Assembly: GCA_040285855.1 (NCBI GenBank)
Contig: JAUFOQ010000006.1
Span: 682,001 to 746,000 of the forward strand
Source: Eukaryota sp. GEM-RC1
Taxonomy: Eukaryota
Direction: 5' to 3'
Length of the DNA: 64,000 nucleotides
This document shows positions 12,771 through 25,333 of this stretch, piece by piece. Positions within the stretch are counted from its first letter, which is position 1. Each line of letters starts with the position of its first letter. The position numbers and the translations under genes were made by a program. Below the pieces are notes generated by a model. That model did no database searches. It saw nothing but the letters and a program-made list of their open reading frames with translations, and was not told where the DNA came from.

Positions 12771-13513
12771 TCAGCAATTTTCTTTTTTTGAATATGGGTT
12801 TACGTTTCCTTCCACCAAAACCTTTTTCACCTCATGCTTCTCTAGATAGTCGAGCATTGGCACAGTCTTTTGTTCATACTCTTCAAATCGCTGTTTTAGA
12901 AGTTCTGGAGTGTCATCACGTCGTTGAATCACATTACCACCACAGGAGCACTGACCATCTACTGGAGGGGGGTTGAACTCTGTATGGAACACAGCTCCAC
13001 ATTCAATGCAGATTCTACGACCGCCGATTCTCTTCAATATTGCGTCTGGACTGTTGGTGACAACTAGAGTTGCTAAGACATTGAAACCATGAGTGTCACA
13101 GAATGCCAACAACCAAGTGGCTTGGTTTATGGTACGTGGGAATCCATCAAGAACAACATTACCTTTCACATTAATCAGATGCTTGGCCACCATTTCACAA
13201 GTCAAATCATCAGGGACATACAGTCCCAGTTGAACGTAATGCTTGACTTTCAAACTGAGAATTACATAATCCAGATTTTGACGGTTTTCTAATGTCGTTC
13301 TAGCACACTCTTCGTCAAAACCATCTTCATTAAACCCAATATTCTGTTTGCCGTAGTTTTGGATTATTGTATCAGCAAAGTCTATCACTGAACGGAAGAT
13401 GTTACCAGTTGAAACATGAACGTATCCCCTACTTACAAGGACGTCGATTCTTGGTTGTTTACCAGCACCAGAGTATCCAGCGACTATTACAATGTCTTTT
13501 TGTTAGACTTCAT
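12771..13513 (-). CDS. adk: Adenylate kinase with zinc-type LID; frameshift near the start and probably near the end
   Basis: Upstream of ORF 12771-13388 the same frame reads DIVIVAGYSGAGKQPRID...HVSTGNIFR, then GLYVPDD, LDGFPRT, RRICIEC...CSCGG and QRRDD. The ATG at 13513 needs one extra A at 13497-13501. Confidence 0.85.
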
Positions 13514-13622
13514 AAGAAAAAGGGTCAGAGACTAACTTTGATTACTGATATTTGATTGAGGATTTCTTCCCTATTTGAACTAATTGATCAAATATTGATT
13601 GACGATTGATCTCGTCAGGGCA

Positions 13623-14726
13623 ATGTCTATCATCCGCAAATATGAAGGTGTACAAAAGCAAAAAATGAATGGTGCAAAATTTTTGCCGGCAATGTCACTT
13701 GTTCGTTTATGCTATGCCATTGGAGATAATCTTGGGCGAACAGTGCGGTGTTATGAAGACGGTGAAGTTATCATCTGTCCAGACCCCCATTCTGAAGAAC
13801 TTCTTCATCTTAAACACACTGACGTTGCTGTAGCTGCATGCTTTTCAACTTCTAATGATAATGCCCTCCTGTTTGTGGCTTTTTCCGGTGGTGATCTGTT
13901 TTGCTTCAACAACTCAACTTGTGAAAATCACAGAATCCAACTCAGCAGTTCCTTACCCTCCACATCCACAATCACCGCTATTACCGCTGCATTTGATTCC
14001 TCGGCAAGAACTCCATGTCATAAATGCTTTGTTGGCACCTATTCTGGTCACGTGGTGTCTGTTTCTGTCACTCTCTTCCCATCCTTTTCTTTCTCCGTCT
14101 CAACGCTCTCTCTTCCTGATTCTCTTCCCACCAATAGTCCAGTTACATCGTTATCTTGTCTCGCAACCATCCAACAGCTCTTCTGTCTCTGTTGCTTTTC
14201 TAGTAGCACAGCTGTACTGCTTTCTGAGCACCACAAAGTCAGTCTACCTCTCCCCGCACTTCCTCTTTCCTGTATACTTACCTCAAACAAATCTAATTCC
14301 CGGCTTGTTTTCGTAATCTCTACCGTTTCTGGTATTCTGTACTACATTCTTCATGCAGATCACGTCAAATCATCTGATCCTGTTTTGATTTCCACTGTTA
14401 AATCAAATATACCAATCAATCGACTGCTTTTAGTGAGGTCTAAAGCTGACGTTGGCGATTTAATATCTGTTGTCGCTGCTTCTTTAGAAGGTAGTGTTCA
14501 TGTGATTCACACTCCTTTGAAACTTTCTTCTTCTGAATGTATTCAAGATCTACCTAATGCCGTGACGTCAGAGCAACTTCCATCATTCCCAGTCGGAATC
14601 ACGCTAGATGTCGATGGAGGGGTTCATGTATTTGATTGTCAGAATTATTCGATATTAGCAACAAGTTTAGCTCAAGAAATGAGATCACTAGGGAAACTTT
14701 CTCTTGATTCAATTCTTAATGATTAG
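13623..14726 (+). CDS. Hypothetical protein, probably beta-propeller/WD40-like
   Basis: 375-codon open frame with beta-strand repeats such as LFVAFSGGDL, CFVGTYSGHV and VVAASLEGSV. Start codon uncertain. Confidence 0.5.
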   Translation: MSIIRKYEGVQKQKMNGAKFLPAMSLVRLCYAIGDNLGRTVRCYEDGEVIICPDPHSEELLHLKHTDVAVAACFSTSNDNALLFVAFSGGDLFCFNNSTCENHRIQLSSSLPSTSTITAITAAFDSSARTPCHKCFVGTYSGHVVSVSVTLFPSFSFSVSTLSLPDSLPTNSPVTSLSCLATIQQLFCLCCFSSSTAVLLSEHHKVSLPLPALPLSCILTSNKSNSRLVFVISTVSGILYYILHADHVKSSDPVLISTVKSNIPINRLLLVRSKADVGDLISVVAASLEGSVHVIHTPLKLSSSECIQDLPNAVTSEQLPSFPVGITLDVDGGVHVFDCQNYSILATSLAQEMRSLGKLSLDSILND

Positions 14727-15518
14727 AAGTGTTTAGAAGTATTAGTGTTGTTTTGTGTCCTTTTTACTCCCATTTGTGCTGTTTCTTATATAGTTGAGTT
14801 GATTATTTAAAGATTTCCTGTTTCTCTATCTGAGTAGCTGCAGGTGTTTTTTTGTTAGAATAGAATTTATAAATCTGATGTTAATTTGTCGAGTTTCTCT
14901 ATTACAATACGCAGACCACCGTGAACTCACAATGTCAGTAACAGCTCTTCAAAGCTCAGGTGTGAAGTCATTAATGTAATGGGAGACGTTTAGCTACTCA
15001 TTATTGGGAAAATCAGATTGTAATGATCTCGTTGTTGCGGTCTATGTTTGGAACTTGCACACATACAATATTTTGGTATTGTTGTCAAACTGTGTAAAAG
15101 TGTCTTTAATTTGATTGACATGATTCTGCTAATAACTAGGTTAAAAATCAAGTTCACTATATAGTTTTTGACAATTACAATCTTTTGGATAACTAAATTT
15201 TGCTGAGAAACACACATAATAAGATAAGTACAAATAAATAAAAACTGTTGTGCTTGTGCACAACTGTGATAAGTATTTACATATCATAACCACTTATCTT
15301 ACCGTTGTTGATGAAACACATCCAAGATACTGAGAGTAAGTGGTAGAGTGTATAAACTTTACAGTTGAAATAAATGATCTATGTTATAGACTGGCATTTT
15401 TACTGTAAAACCAGCTAAGATGAGAGACAAATTCAATACAAGCACAAAAACAGCAGTAGTAATGCATGTAAGACAACGATTTTGATTAATCTTTCTCCAC
15501 AATTGTTCTAGTAGTGTC

Positions 15519-16872
15519 ATGTCCCAACCAAAAATCACTTCTTTTTTCAAACGACCGGGTGTCAAACCGCAGACTTCTGTATATACTCCGCCTTCTGTAT
15601 CATCAAGAAGTGACAAACTAATTTCTTTTCATCCGTCATCTAATGGACGATTTGTCCTTCGATCCACTCTTCAAGCTCTCAAGGTCTCTTCCACTATCAC
15701 TGACATCTCTTCTGTGATCAAAATCTTTAACGCTTGCTCTACTATAACCCCACCTTCATCAACTGAATTACAGCAATACATCCACCATTCAGACCTAGCA
15801 CATGATCAGATACTCAGCGCCTTTTCTCATGCTTACACACTCATCGTAGCTCAACCTGAGCTCACGGTACCTTCTCTATCTGCTACTCATGTATTTTCCC
15901 TACCCAAGTCTACTGTTGCTTTAATGTTAGCCCACTTTGTTTTCAGTTCTTTTCATCCTCCTCTCATCCAAATCTTTCTAAATTCACAATGATGCCAGTT
16001 CTTCACAACGCAGTGGCAGGACATCAATCAAGTGTATGTAAGGTCGATGGGTGGCTATCATATTTCTTGGCAATTCAATCAAATTCCACATTGTTAGAAT
16101 CTGAAATTAACTTTTCCCTGTTTTCAACACAACCGTCATTCCAACCCAAATCCATACCCAAAATTTCCATTATTCCTTCAGGTTCAATGTTCGACGATGA
16201 ATCTAACAATCAGAGCATGGTGGACTTTGCCAACAAACACATTGGTGGTGGTGTTCTACGTAGAGGAGCAGTTCAAGAGGAATTGATGTTTGTTGAAATG
16301 CCTGAACTTTTAGTTTCAATTCCTTTGTCAGACGTCATGGCTCCTGATCAAGCTGTCATTGTCAATGGTATACATCGTTTTTCTCATGTATCTGGGTACA
16401 GTAACAAAGCAAAGTATTCTGGCACGTGTCATGATTCAGTGCAATCAAGAGAAGTCATCATTATGGACGCTCGTAATTACTCTAGGTCAAATAATGATTA
16501 CCAATTTGAAAAGAACAGATTTACAGAGATTTCAATAAGGCTTTTATTGGATTTGAAGGATCGTCATTTAAACACGTGCTTAACACCGGTCATTGGGGAT
16601 GTGGCGCTTTCAGAGGAGATAAAGAACGGGCTTTTATTATTCAGTTGGCGGCAAGTTCTGTGACTGGATTTGAAGCAGTACATTATTATGCATTTGGTGA
16701 TGTCAAATTTTTGAAAAATGTTGTTGTTTTTGAGCGGTTACTGAATTGTGGGTTAATAACCCCAGTGGAGATGTTTGATTGTCTTCTTTCCTATTTCACT
16801 TTTAATGGGAAGTTGTCTCCATTGGAGTTCATTTTCTGGTGTTGGCTTTTTAATGTTGGATTTTCCGAATAG
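15519..16872 (+). CDS. PARG: Poly(ADP-ribose) glycohydrolase (PARG), two apparent -1 frameshifts (~15945, 16509-16512)
   Basis: DFANKHIGGGVLRRGAVQEELMF (GGG-x-QEE catalytic motif), reconstructed RDFNKAFIGF, and TGHWGCGAFRGD. Confidence 0.9.
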
Positions 16873-17464
16873 TTAAACTTGGACTTCTGTTGACTTCCGT
16901 GGTAGATTGGATGTTGAGTGTGAATTATACTTCTGAGTGTAACATTAGTTAAGTACAATAGCTTTGACTAATATCAGCAAGTCCAAAATGAAACTTAATA
17001 AATACTAATGAGCAACTGTTACAATTTTAGAAATTTTCAGAAATATTGAATAATGTTTTGCTTGTCAAACTGTTGCACATTTCATGTACTGATAAGAGTT
17101 CAAGAAGCTGTTGATTATTTACACACTTCTACTAGAGGTTCTATGTTTAGGTGTTGCAACTGATGGTATAATTTAGATAAATTCTTCATCAGAATGTGTA
17201 ACTCTAATTCTTTCTTCAATAAGTGCGCTGTTTTAGCTCAAATCTCTCAGTGTGGATTACGCCAAAAATGGTTTTCTACAAAAACGAATTAGCCAACTCT
17301 CTACAATAAATTCGGATGTTACTAACAGAAAGGAATTTTGCTCCAGTAGAAATTAAGAACAAACAAGATTTCGATCATTTCTAAATTAAAAAAGAGAACA
17401 TATTAGATACAATATTCATTTCGATAAAACATATATTTGCAATTTACAAAAGGACAACAATTCG

Positions 17465-18660
17465 TTAAATTTTCATTGTCCATGACATAACATCATCTTC
17501 ACGACCCATTTGAATTCCACTTAAAGTTTCATAAAGATGAGTAGAGATCTTTCCAGGTTTACCATCCCCGACTACAATACATTCATTGTCTCCCCCAACC
17601 TTAATAACAGGGGTGAGAACAGCAGCAGTACCACAGGCAAAAACTTCAGAAATATCACCAGATTTTAAGCCAGCAAAGAGATCATCAACAGTGATAGTCT
17701 CTTCAGCAACATTGTATCCGAGATGTTTACCAAGCTTCAGAATAGAATCACGAGTAATTGACTTGAGGATAGTGCCAGTTAACGGAGGAGTGGTCAAAAC
17801 TCCATTTTTGATACAATAGAAAGATGCTGCACCAATTTCTTCAACTTCAGTGTGATCTTCAGCATTGGTCCATAATACTTGTGAATAACCAAGTTTTTGA
17901 GCCTTTTTAGTTGCTAAAAGAGTAGCTGCGTAATTTCCTGTGATGAGAAAAACATAGAGACATACCACCAGTTTTAGCTTCACCAACACCACCTTTAAAG
18001 GCTCGGCAGAATTCTCGCTCAACAAAGACAGAAATTCCTTTGAATCCACCAGCAAAATAAGGGGCACTTGGAGATAAAACACAGAAATAGAGATAGCGAG
18101 TAGCAGGAGCAACACCGAGGAAGGTATCGCATCCAATCATTGTAGGGCGAATATACATAGATGTTCCTGGACGATCAGGAACCCAATCAGCATCGACCTT
18201 AAGCAGTTCTTGAAGAGACTCAACTAACAACTCTTCGGGGAAAGTTGGCATACAAACTCGTTCCGCAGAAACATTGAAACGTCTGGCGTTGTCAAACGGA
18301 CGGAAAAGGGCCAAGGAACCGTCTTCCCACTTGTAGGCTTTCATTCCCTAGGATAAGCCTTCTTTCGATCGAAAATACCTCAAAGATTTCCTGTCCATAG
18401 TGAAGAGCTTTTGATGCAGGGTCGATTAAGAAAGGTTTATAAGGTACAATCTTGCATGTATCCCAGGCACCATCAACATATTCACAAACAACCATATGAT
18501 CACTAATTACACGGCCAAAGCCAAGAGAATCAGCATCAACTTTTTGACGAGGAGTATCGGTGGTATAGATTTCAATCTTGTGTCCCGAAGAAGAAGTGAT
18601 TGTTCGAGTCGGAGAGCCGTGATCAATGTCAACGATGTTCGAATAAGATGCGAGAGTCAT
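17465..18660 (-). CDS. ilvE: Branched-chain amino acid aminotransferase, type 2 copy a; introns 18348-18378 and 17938-17965
   Basis: LHYGQEIFE|GMKAY, MYIRP, KTGG|NYA (PLP lysine), ILKSITR, EVFACGTAA. The 31-nt and 28-nt introns restore the frame. Confidence 0.93.
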
Positions 18661-18758
18661 TGAAGGAGTAATATCTTTGAAAGTCTTGGAGAATGTTGAA
18701 GAATGTTAGAAACTTCTTGAAACAATTTTTCTCTTGAAACGCAAATATCCTTTAGCTG

Positions 18759-19905
18759 ATGACTGTACCAAACCACTCTGATACGTATCAACAGATTTAC
18801 GATTCTATCTCGGTCTTTCCATGTGCTCCCGAAAACAAAAAGTCTGTCATCCCAGACGACAAGCTTGGTTTTGGAAAGAACTTTACCAGCCATATGTTTA
18901 TCACGACCTATAAGGATGGTAAATGGAACGATCCCAAAATTGTTCCTTATGGACCTTTGGAAATGAGTCCTTGTGCTAAGGTTCTACACTATGGCCAATC
19001 TTGTTTTGAAGTTTGTGTCTTAATACTTTTAATCTTAGGGAATGAAAGCATACCCAAACTCTGATGGAGCTTGCACCTTATTCCGTCCTTATGACAATGC
19101 ACAACGTTTTAATCTTTCCTGTTCTCGCTTAATTATGCCTGAAGTTGATGAAGATTTATTTGTAGCTGCGTGTCAAAAGCTTATTACCGTAGACGCTGAA
19201 TATATTCCCAAAAGTCCAGGTACAGCCATGTACTTAAGACCAACATGCATTGGAGGATCCATGAACGATGCTTTGGGTTTGAATCCCTCTGAAGAATACA
19301 CGTTCTTCATAATTTTGTCTCCTGTAGGTCCCTATTTTGCCGCGGGATTCAATCCAGTGAAGATTTTGGTGGAATCCCACTACGTCCGTGCTGCTCCTGG
19401 AGGAACTGGTGACCGCAAGGTTTGTGGTAATTACGCATCCTCATTACTTGCGGCTAGATCTGCTGCTAAACAAGGATATCAACAAGTCTTGTGGTTGGAT
19501 GCTGTCCATCACAAGTATTTGGAAGAAGTAGGTGCCATGAATTTGTTTGTCGTTATCGATAACAAAGTTATCACCGCTCCTCTATCTGGAACTATCCTTC
19601 CTGGAATTACTAGAAGAAGTGTCATCCAATTGGCCAAGGACTTGGGTTATGAGGTAGAAGAACGATTGATCAGCATTGATGAAGTTGTTGAAGCCCACAA
19701 GGCAGGAACCCTTCATGAAGCATTTGGATCTGGAACTGCCGCCGCTATCGCTCCAGTTGGTCTTTTAGGCCATGAAGGAAAAGACTATGAAATCAATAAC
19801 TTTGAGGTTGGTTCAATTACGAAGCAGTTGTATGATACTCTAGTGGGAATTCAGACTGGTGTAGCTGAAGACAAGCATGGATGGCGTTATACTTTCAAGG
19901 TTTAA
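18759..19905 (+). CDS. ilvE: Branched-chain amino acid aminotransferase, type 1; intron 19011-19038
   Basis: [49 protein letters not shown]. 28-nt intron GTTTGT...TTAATCTTAG. Confidence 0.95.
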
Positions 19906-20200
19906 TATGTAAGTTGGTTTATGTGTTTTTTATCGTTGTAAACCCTGTATATGTTCTATTGTATTCTGTCTATGTGTTTTTAGACCTTTAAACAGTTCAC
20001 ATCAGAGCTGATTCAGATTTAGACTTTTAACTGACTGTCTTCCCAATATCACCTGACTGGTCTCATTGGGATCGTGCTGAGTACCAAGCAGAGTTCTAAT
20101 ATCATCTTGTCAGTACAGTCTAACGTCTGACCAGTGACCCCTACATGATAGTACCACAATGTCTAAAGCATACTACTTCAAAAAAAAATTAGTTTTACAC

Positions 20201-20920
20201 CATACCTGGAAAATACAAGGGTTGAAAAAAATACAGATACAAAAATACAACAATACAGATACACAGTAAAATACAAAAATACAAAGGCAATGGGTTTTTT
20301 TGGTTGAGTAGGTTAACGTTTGCGTTGTTTCGTTCAATGCACAGATATTTTAATTCAATTTTAGGTAAGTTGTTCGGTAATGGACAGAAGGATCATACTT
20401 TAGATACTTTAGATAGTGTCTGTTAGTTATTAACTTCTGCAAATGCATTTATTTCACTGACTGATCATAAACCCCGTTCTTTTTGTTGCTGATAAACTAT
20501 TACAACTACTGTACTTCGTTTTGTGTCTTGATTGATGTCATGTTTTTAGATACTTCATTAAATCCCATGAAAAGAAATTGGAGATAAAAGACATCCAAAA
20601 TATGTACTTTTACAGGCAAGTAAGTTCAGAAACTTATTCGTAAAAAAAATACAGTATTTTAATACTGAAAATAAAAATACAAATACACAAATACATGTAC
20701 TGTATTTGTGCATTTGAGTCAGTCTGACTCGACTCGCTGGACTCATAAGTCGAGTCGAGTCGCCCTTGTATTTCGTGAGTCAGCCTGACTCGACTCATAT
20801 GACTCATGAGTCGAGTTGAGTCAAGAATTTCAGACTCGAGTTGACTCGACTCGACTCAAATTACAACCCTACAAATACAAGAAATACAGAAAAGACAGAA
20901 AAGTGTATTTTCCAGGTATG
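20201..20920. mobile_element. hAT-like composite MITE with nested retroelement fragment and GACTC-repeat arm
   Basis: TIR CATACCTGGAAAATAC / GTATTTTCCAGGTATG. 8-bp TSD TTTTACAC (20193-20200, 20921-20928). AATAC subterminal repeats, internal family-B 3' end (~20296-20484) and GACTC/GAGTC array (~20715-20858). Confidence 0.85.
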
Positions 20921-21317
20921 TTTTACACCTTCAAAAAACTACTTTCATTTAATTAAACAACTGATTTTTTTGAATGTTAGGGTTACTCCAACGATCCGAC
21001 TACTCCAATACATCTATGTTTATCGTTATTTTCTCCTGATCTTTGGCAGACATGTTTTCCAGCAGATATTGGTGACATACCAGAAAAAGTGTGATTTCTT
21101 TGAAATCTTCTCTTAAGAAACGCCAAGAACATCTTTTAAAACATTTTGACATTCGCGATATTAAGGTTGGTTCGAGCAAAGAAAAGAATCCAGCGTTCAC
21201 AATTTTTTTGCTGCATTTGAAATACAATTCTTCAGTTGCATCTTGATTGAATAGTCAAATTCCACAAGTTTGTGGTAATCATCAAGAAAAAGAGACTGTT
21301 AAATTGAGGGATTTGAC

Positions 21318-21492
21318 TAGGGCTATCTAAGAATTGAACCGTAAATTACTTTTGCGAGGAGACTATACCATAAATTTATTTCCACAACCAATCCAAACCG
21401 TAAATTAATTTCCGTAACAATTCAAAACCGTAAATTGATTCCGTAATAATTTGAAACCGTAAATTAATTTCCGGAATGTTCAAGTTCCATAA
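21318..21492. mobile_element. hAT-like MITE left arm with ~30-bp tandem subterminal repeats (second copy at 26167-26341)
   Basis: (T/C)AGGGCT(A/G)TCTAA terminus, then about five AACCGTAAATT(A/G)ATT(T)CCG units. Truncated by an inverted family-B tail at ~21497-21573. Confidence 0.6.
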
Positions 21493-21574
21493 ATAAAAAA
21501 AACGGGGTTTATGATCAGTCATTGAAATAAATGCATTTGCAGAAGTTAATAACTAACAGACACTAACTAAAGTT

Positions 21575-22535
21575 TATAAATTGACAAGGAGTTTGAACTC
21601 TTGGACTTTAATAATCGTATTAGCTTGGCTAAAACTAATAGTCCCGAGTTCGCTGCTTTTTTTAATCGATCTTTGTAATAGTGGACCTTCTGGATTTATT
21701 TCTCAAATTCCAAAGGTGTATGGATTACATCTATCTGATGAAGCTTGTATGATCAATATGCGTCTTCGTTTGGCTATTTGGCCTGCAAATTTATTAAACT
21801 ATTCAACTTGCTCTTGTGGAGCTAATGGTATTTTTCGTCATTTAATTAATTGTCGTTATTTTATTCATCTACGTGCAGTAATTCATGATGGTGTATGTGA
21901 TTCTTGTTATTCCATGTTTAAAGCACATGGTTTTCACTCTAAAGTTGAACCAGTTTTGAATCATCTTTCAGAAAATGAATTTACTGATCAAAAAAGAGGG
22001 GATCTACATACTCCGTGGCTTAAATCGAGTCAATCTTTAATGGATTTTTACTACAGTAGATGTATGTAACAAATCTTGTGTTAGTAGGATATTAGATTCT
22101 TCTTTTAATCCATTAACAGCAGCTGAAAAGCTCAAACACTCCAAGTATGACTCTCAAGTAGAAGAATTAAATAGAAACTCATATTCCAAATTTGTGTTTC
22201 AACCTTTTGCTGTTTCTCTTTTTGGATCTATTAGTCCTGCTGGTGATCAATTTTTCAAGGATTTCGAAGAATTGTGTAAAGAAAAGAAGCGTAAGTTTAG
22301 AGCGGCTGAATGGAAAAACCGTATTGTGTTTTCCATATATAGGAATAAGCCCTTCTATTTCTCTCGATTAGTTGAGAAATTGTACAAGTTTGGTGTGAAG
22401 GTTAATGTTGATAAACGTAATCTTTTACCGGGTGGTGATGAAGTCGTTTGGATTTAATCTTAGTATTATTTGTTTGTTTTTACAATTTCATAGTTTGTAG
22501 GAAGGTTACCTTATTGGGTGCCGAATAAATTCTCT
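21575..22535 (+). mobile_element. 5'-truncated, degenerate RLE-type non-LTR retroelement, family A
   Basis: MRLRL, CSCG...HLINC...HDGVCD zinc knuckle, RGDL...MDFT...AEKLKHSKY...FQPFAVS restriction-like endonuclease, AATAAA plus TC tail. Confidence 0.85.
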
Positions 22536-22689
22536 CTGTAATTTTAATAGTGGACAAAGCCAACAATGATGTTAGATGATCGACTACATGTACATGTATT
22601 TAGAATAGTTTCTATTAATGCTATAATTTCTTGAGTAAATAGAGACTGATCAATTGTCTCTCACTCCTAGTTAGACTCAATTCTGATTT

Positions 22690-25333
22690 TCTTTTTGTTG
22701 GTTTGCACCTATTTTGTGTCCTGCTTTTGGAGAAACACCACCAAGGAGCAAATCTTCCTCCAATTATTCCTCGACCTTTTCCCAGTAGACTACTTTGTTC
22801 ATATGTCTTCTGTTTTGGTTATGTACACTGTAGTGTTGTTGTCAATAAAAATTGTTCTCTGTTTTGTTGCTGATACTGTTCAAAAGCTACAAAATCTTCA
22901 TCCTTTGAAGAATCTTTACCTTCTTTTAGTAACTCTCAGTCATACTGGACTGATCGTCCCATTACTCCTTTTGATGTTATGAAAGCCATTTCTAATGCTA
23001 AGAGTGGTAAAGCAGCTGGACCATCGGGTCTTAGCTTTGACCATCTTAAAATTGCTGTTACACATGCTCCTGAGGTTGCTGAAGACCTCGCATACTTTTT
23101 CAATTTGATTTGTTCACAACCACACAAATTTCCTCTTGCGTTGAAAAATAGTCGTTTAGTAGCTTTATCTAAACCGTGTAAAGGTGTTCGACCAATTGCA
23201 ATTGGCGAATGTGTGAGTAGATTATTTTCTTCTATTTGTTTTGATAGGGTGAATAGTAAGGCTGTGGAATATTTCAGACCTTTTCAGTTTTGCATTGGAA
23301 TTGTAGATGGTACAATAAGTGCTAGTTTGATGACTGACATCTTTTTAAATTCAAATGCAGAAAATTATGTATTGAACGCTGATTACAAAAATGCGTTCAA
23401 TTGTGTTTATCGGTCACAGATTCACTTGGAACTGTTACTAGTAGATCATTTTCCTGAATTACTGTCCTATTTTGAAATTATGTATGGTCATTCATCTTCA
23501 TTAATTTTTCACGAACATACAATTTCATCCACTCGTGGTGTGAAACAAGGTGATCCATTGGGCCCTTTTTCTTTTCTGTTTGCCGTTGCAAGAGTTCTTC
23601 GCAAATTCTCAAGCGAATTCCCAGGATTAAGGTTGAACTCGTATGCTGATGATACCTCTTTGGTTGGCCCTTTGGAAGTCATCAAATCGAGTTTTCCTCG
23701 TTTTGTTGAATTGTCTTCAAGTCTTGGTTTGTCAATTAATTGTCAAAAATGTCTTGTCATTGGACGTTCTTCAGTTGATTTGAATTTTGGGGAATCTTCC
23801 ATTCCGTTTGTCAATTATTCAGACGAATGTGTCAAGTTTTTGGGCAATTATATTGGTAATGATGACAAAATTATGGAGACTTTATCACATAAGAATAATT
23901 GTATCTTTCAGCAGCTTAACCAAATCGTTGATCTAGATGTAGGCAAACAAGTTTCTTTTGCTATGCTGCAAGTTTGTTTTGGTGGTAAAATTAATCACTT
24001 TTTACGTGGTTTACCGCCTGAACTAACTCTCGAATTATCTCGTAATTTTAATTCATTGCGCACAAATTTTGTTAGTTATCTGGTTGGTAACAAAGACTCT
24101 TCTCTTCCTTCTCATTGTTTCACTTCTACTTCTTTTGGTGGTATTGGTTTCACGAAAGCTAAGTACATGCGTGATGGTGCCTTTTTGGGGTCTTTAAAGA
24201 ATTTTTTGTTTGAATTTCAGAATCGTTATCCTGTGTTATGGAAAACGAAAGATTTTTTACTTCACTCACCTTGTACATGGTTAATTAGTTTTCAAAATTT
24301 AATTGATAGTCTTGACTCCAATTTGTGGTCAGAGTTATTTCCTGTTGGGGTAACAGAAATTCAGCAGAGAAGCATTTTCTCTTTGCCTTTGTGTGTTCGC
24401 AAGTTACAGAAGAAGTTTGTTTTGTTTCACGAAAGCTTGGACTTTAAAAACCGTATTAGCTTGGCTAAGACTAAGAGTCCCGCTTTTTGTGCATTTTTGA
24501 ATGATATTTCTTCAAGCGCTGTGTCTTCATTTGTTTCTCGTTTGCCAAGAAAATTTTGTTTTAATCTTAAGGATCATGAATGGCTTATAAACATGAGACT
24601 TAGGTTAGGTTGATGGCCTTCAGGTCTTTTGAAGCATTCTCCATGTCTTTGTGGTCGTTCAAAGGCTTCAAATTTTCATCATTTAGTTAACTGCCATCAA
24701 TTTATTCATTTCCGATCAATATTCCACAACAGTATCCGGGATACATGTTTGGATATGTTTAAGGCTAATGGTTTTCATGGAAAAATTGAACTTTTACTTG
24801 CTAATCTTTCTGATCAGCCAAAAGTTGATAGAAGTCGTGGTGATTTGATTGGTCCTTGGTTATCTTGTCAGGAAATTATCATGGATTTCACGACTGTTGA
24901 TCCTTGTAATTCAAGATCAATTTCAAAAAAATTTGATGATGATTTTTCTGCTCTTGAAGTGGCTGAAAAAGGAAAAAATACAAAGTACTGTCACTTAATT
25001 AACCAATTGAATGTTGACAGGTACAATTCTTTTGTGTTTCAACCTTTTGCGATGTCGATATACGGTAATATTGGACCAGCTGCACAAGGTTTTTTAACTT
25101 CCTTTGGTAAATTGTGTTCTGAATATGGTAAAGCTTTCAATGAAAATTTTTGGTTGAGTATGTTAACGTTTGCGTTGTTTCGTTCAATGCACAGATATTT
25201 TAATTCAATTTTAGGTAAGTTGTTCGGTGATGGACAGAAGGATCATAGTTTAGATACTTTAGTTAGTGTATGTTAGTTATTAACTTCTGCAAATGCATTT
25301 ATTTCACTGACTGATCATAAACCCCGTTCTTTT
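22690..25333 (+). mobile_element. RLE-type non-LTR retroelement, family B (CRE-like RT + CCHC + RLE); degenerate 5' part and a TGA at 24611-24613
   Basis: KLQNLHP, GKAAGPSG, RPIAIGE, DYKNAFN, GVKQGDPLGP, YADD, KFLG, then CLCG...HLVNC...HNSIRD and RGDL...MDFT...EKGKNTKY...FQPFAM. 5' boundary approximate. Confidence 0.9.

Noticed and set aside
14893..14987. Possible hairpin, SECIS or C/D snoRNA
   Set aside because: The stem is short and mismatched, and the box spacing does not fit either class.
20558..21227. Short ORFs repeated at 25407-26076
   Set aside because: Their identity reflects the DNA duplication; they overlap MITE repeats and have no protein motifs.
21335..21492. ~30-bp periodic AACCGTAAATT repeats (also 26185-26341) resembling a CRISPR array
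   Set aside because: Spacers are short and similar to one another, there are no cas genes, the context is eukaryotic, and the array follows a YAGGGCT transposon end.
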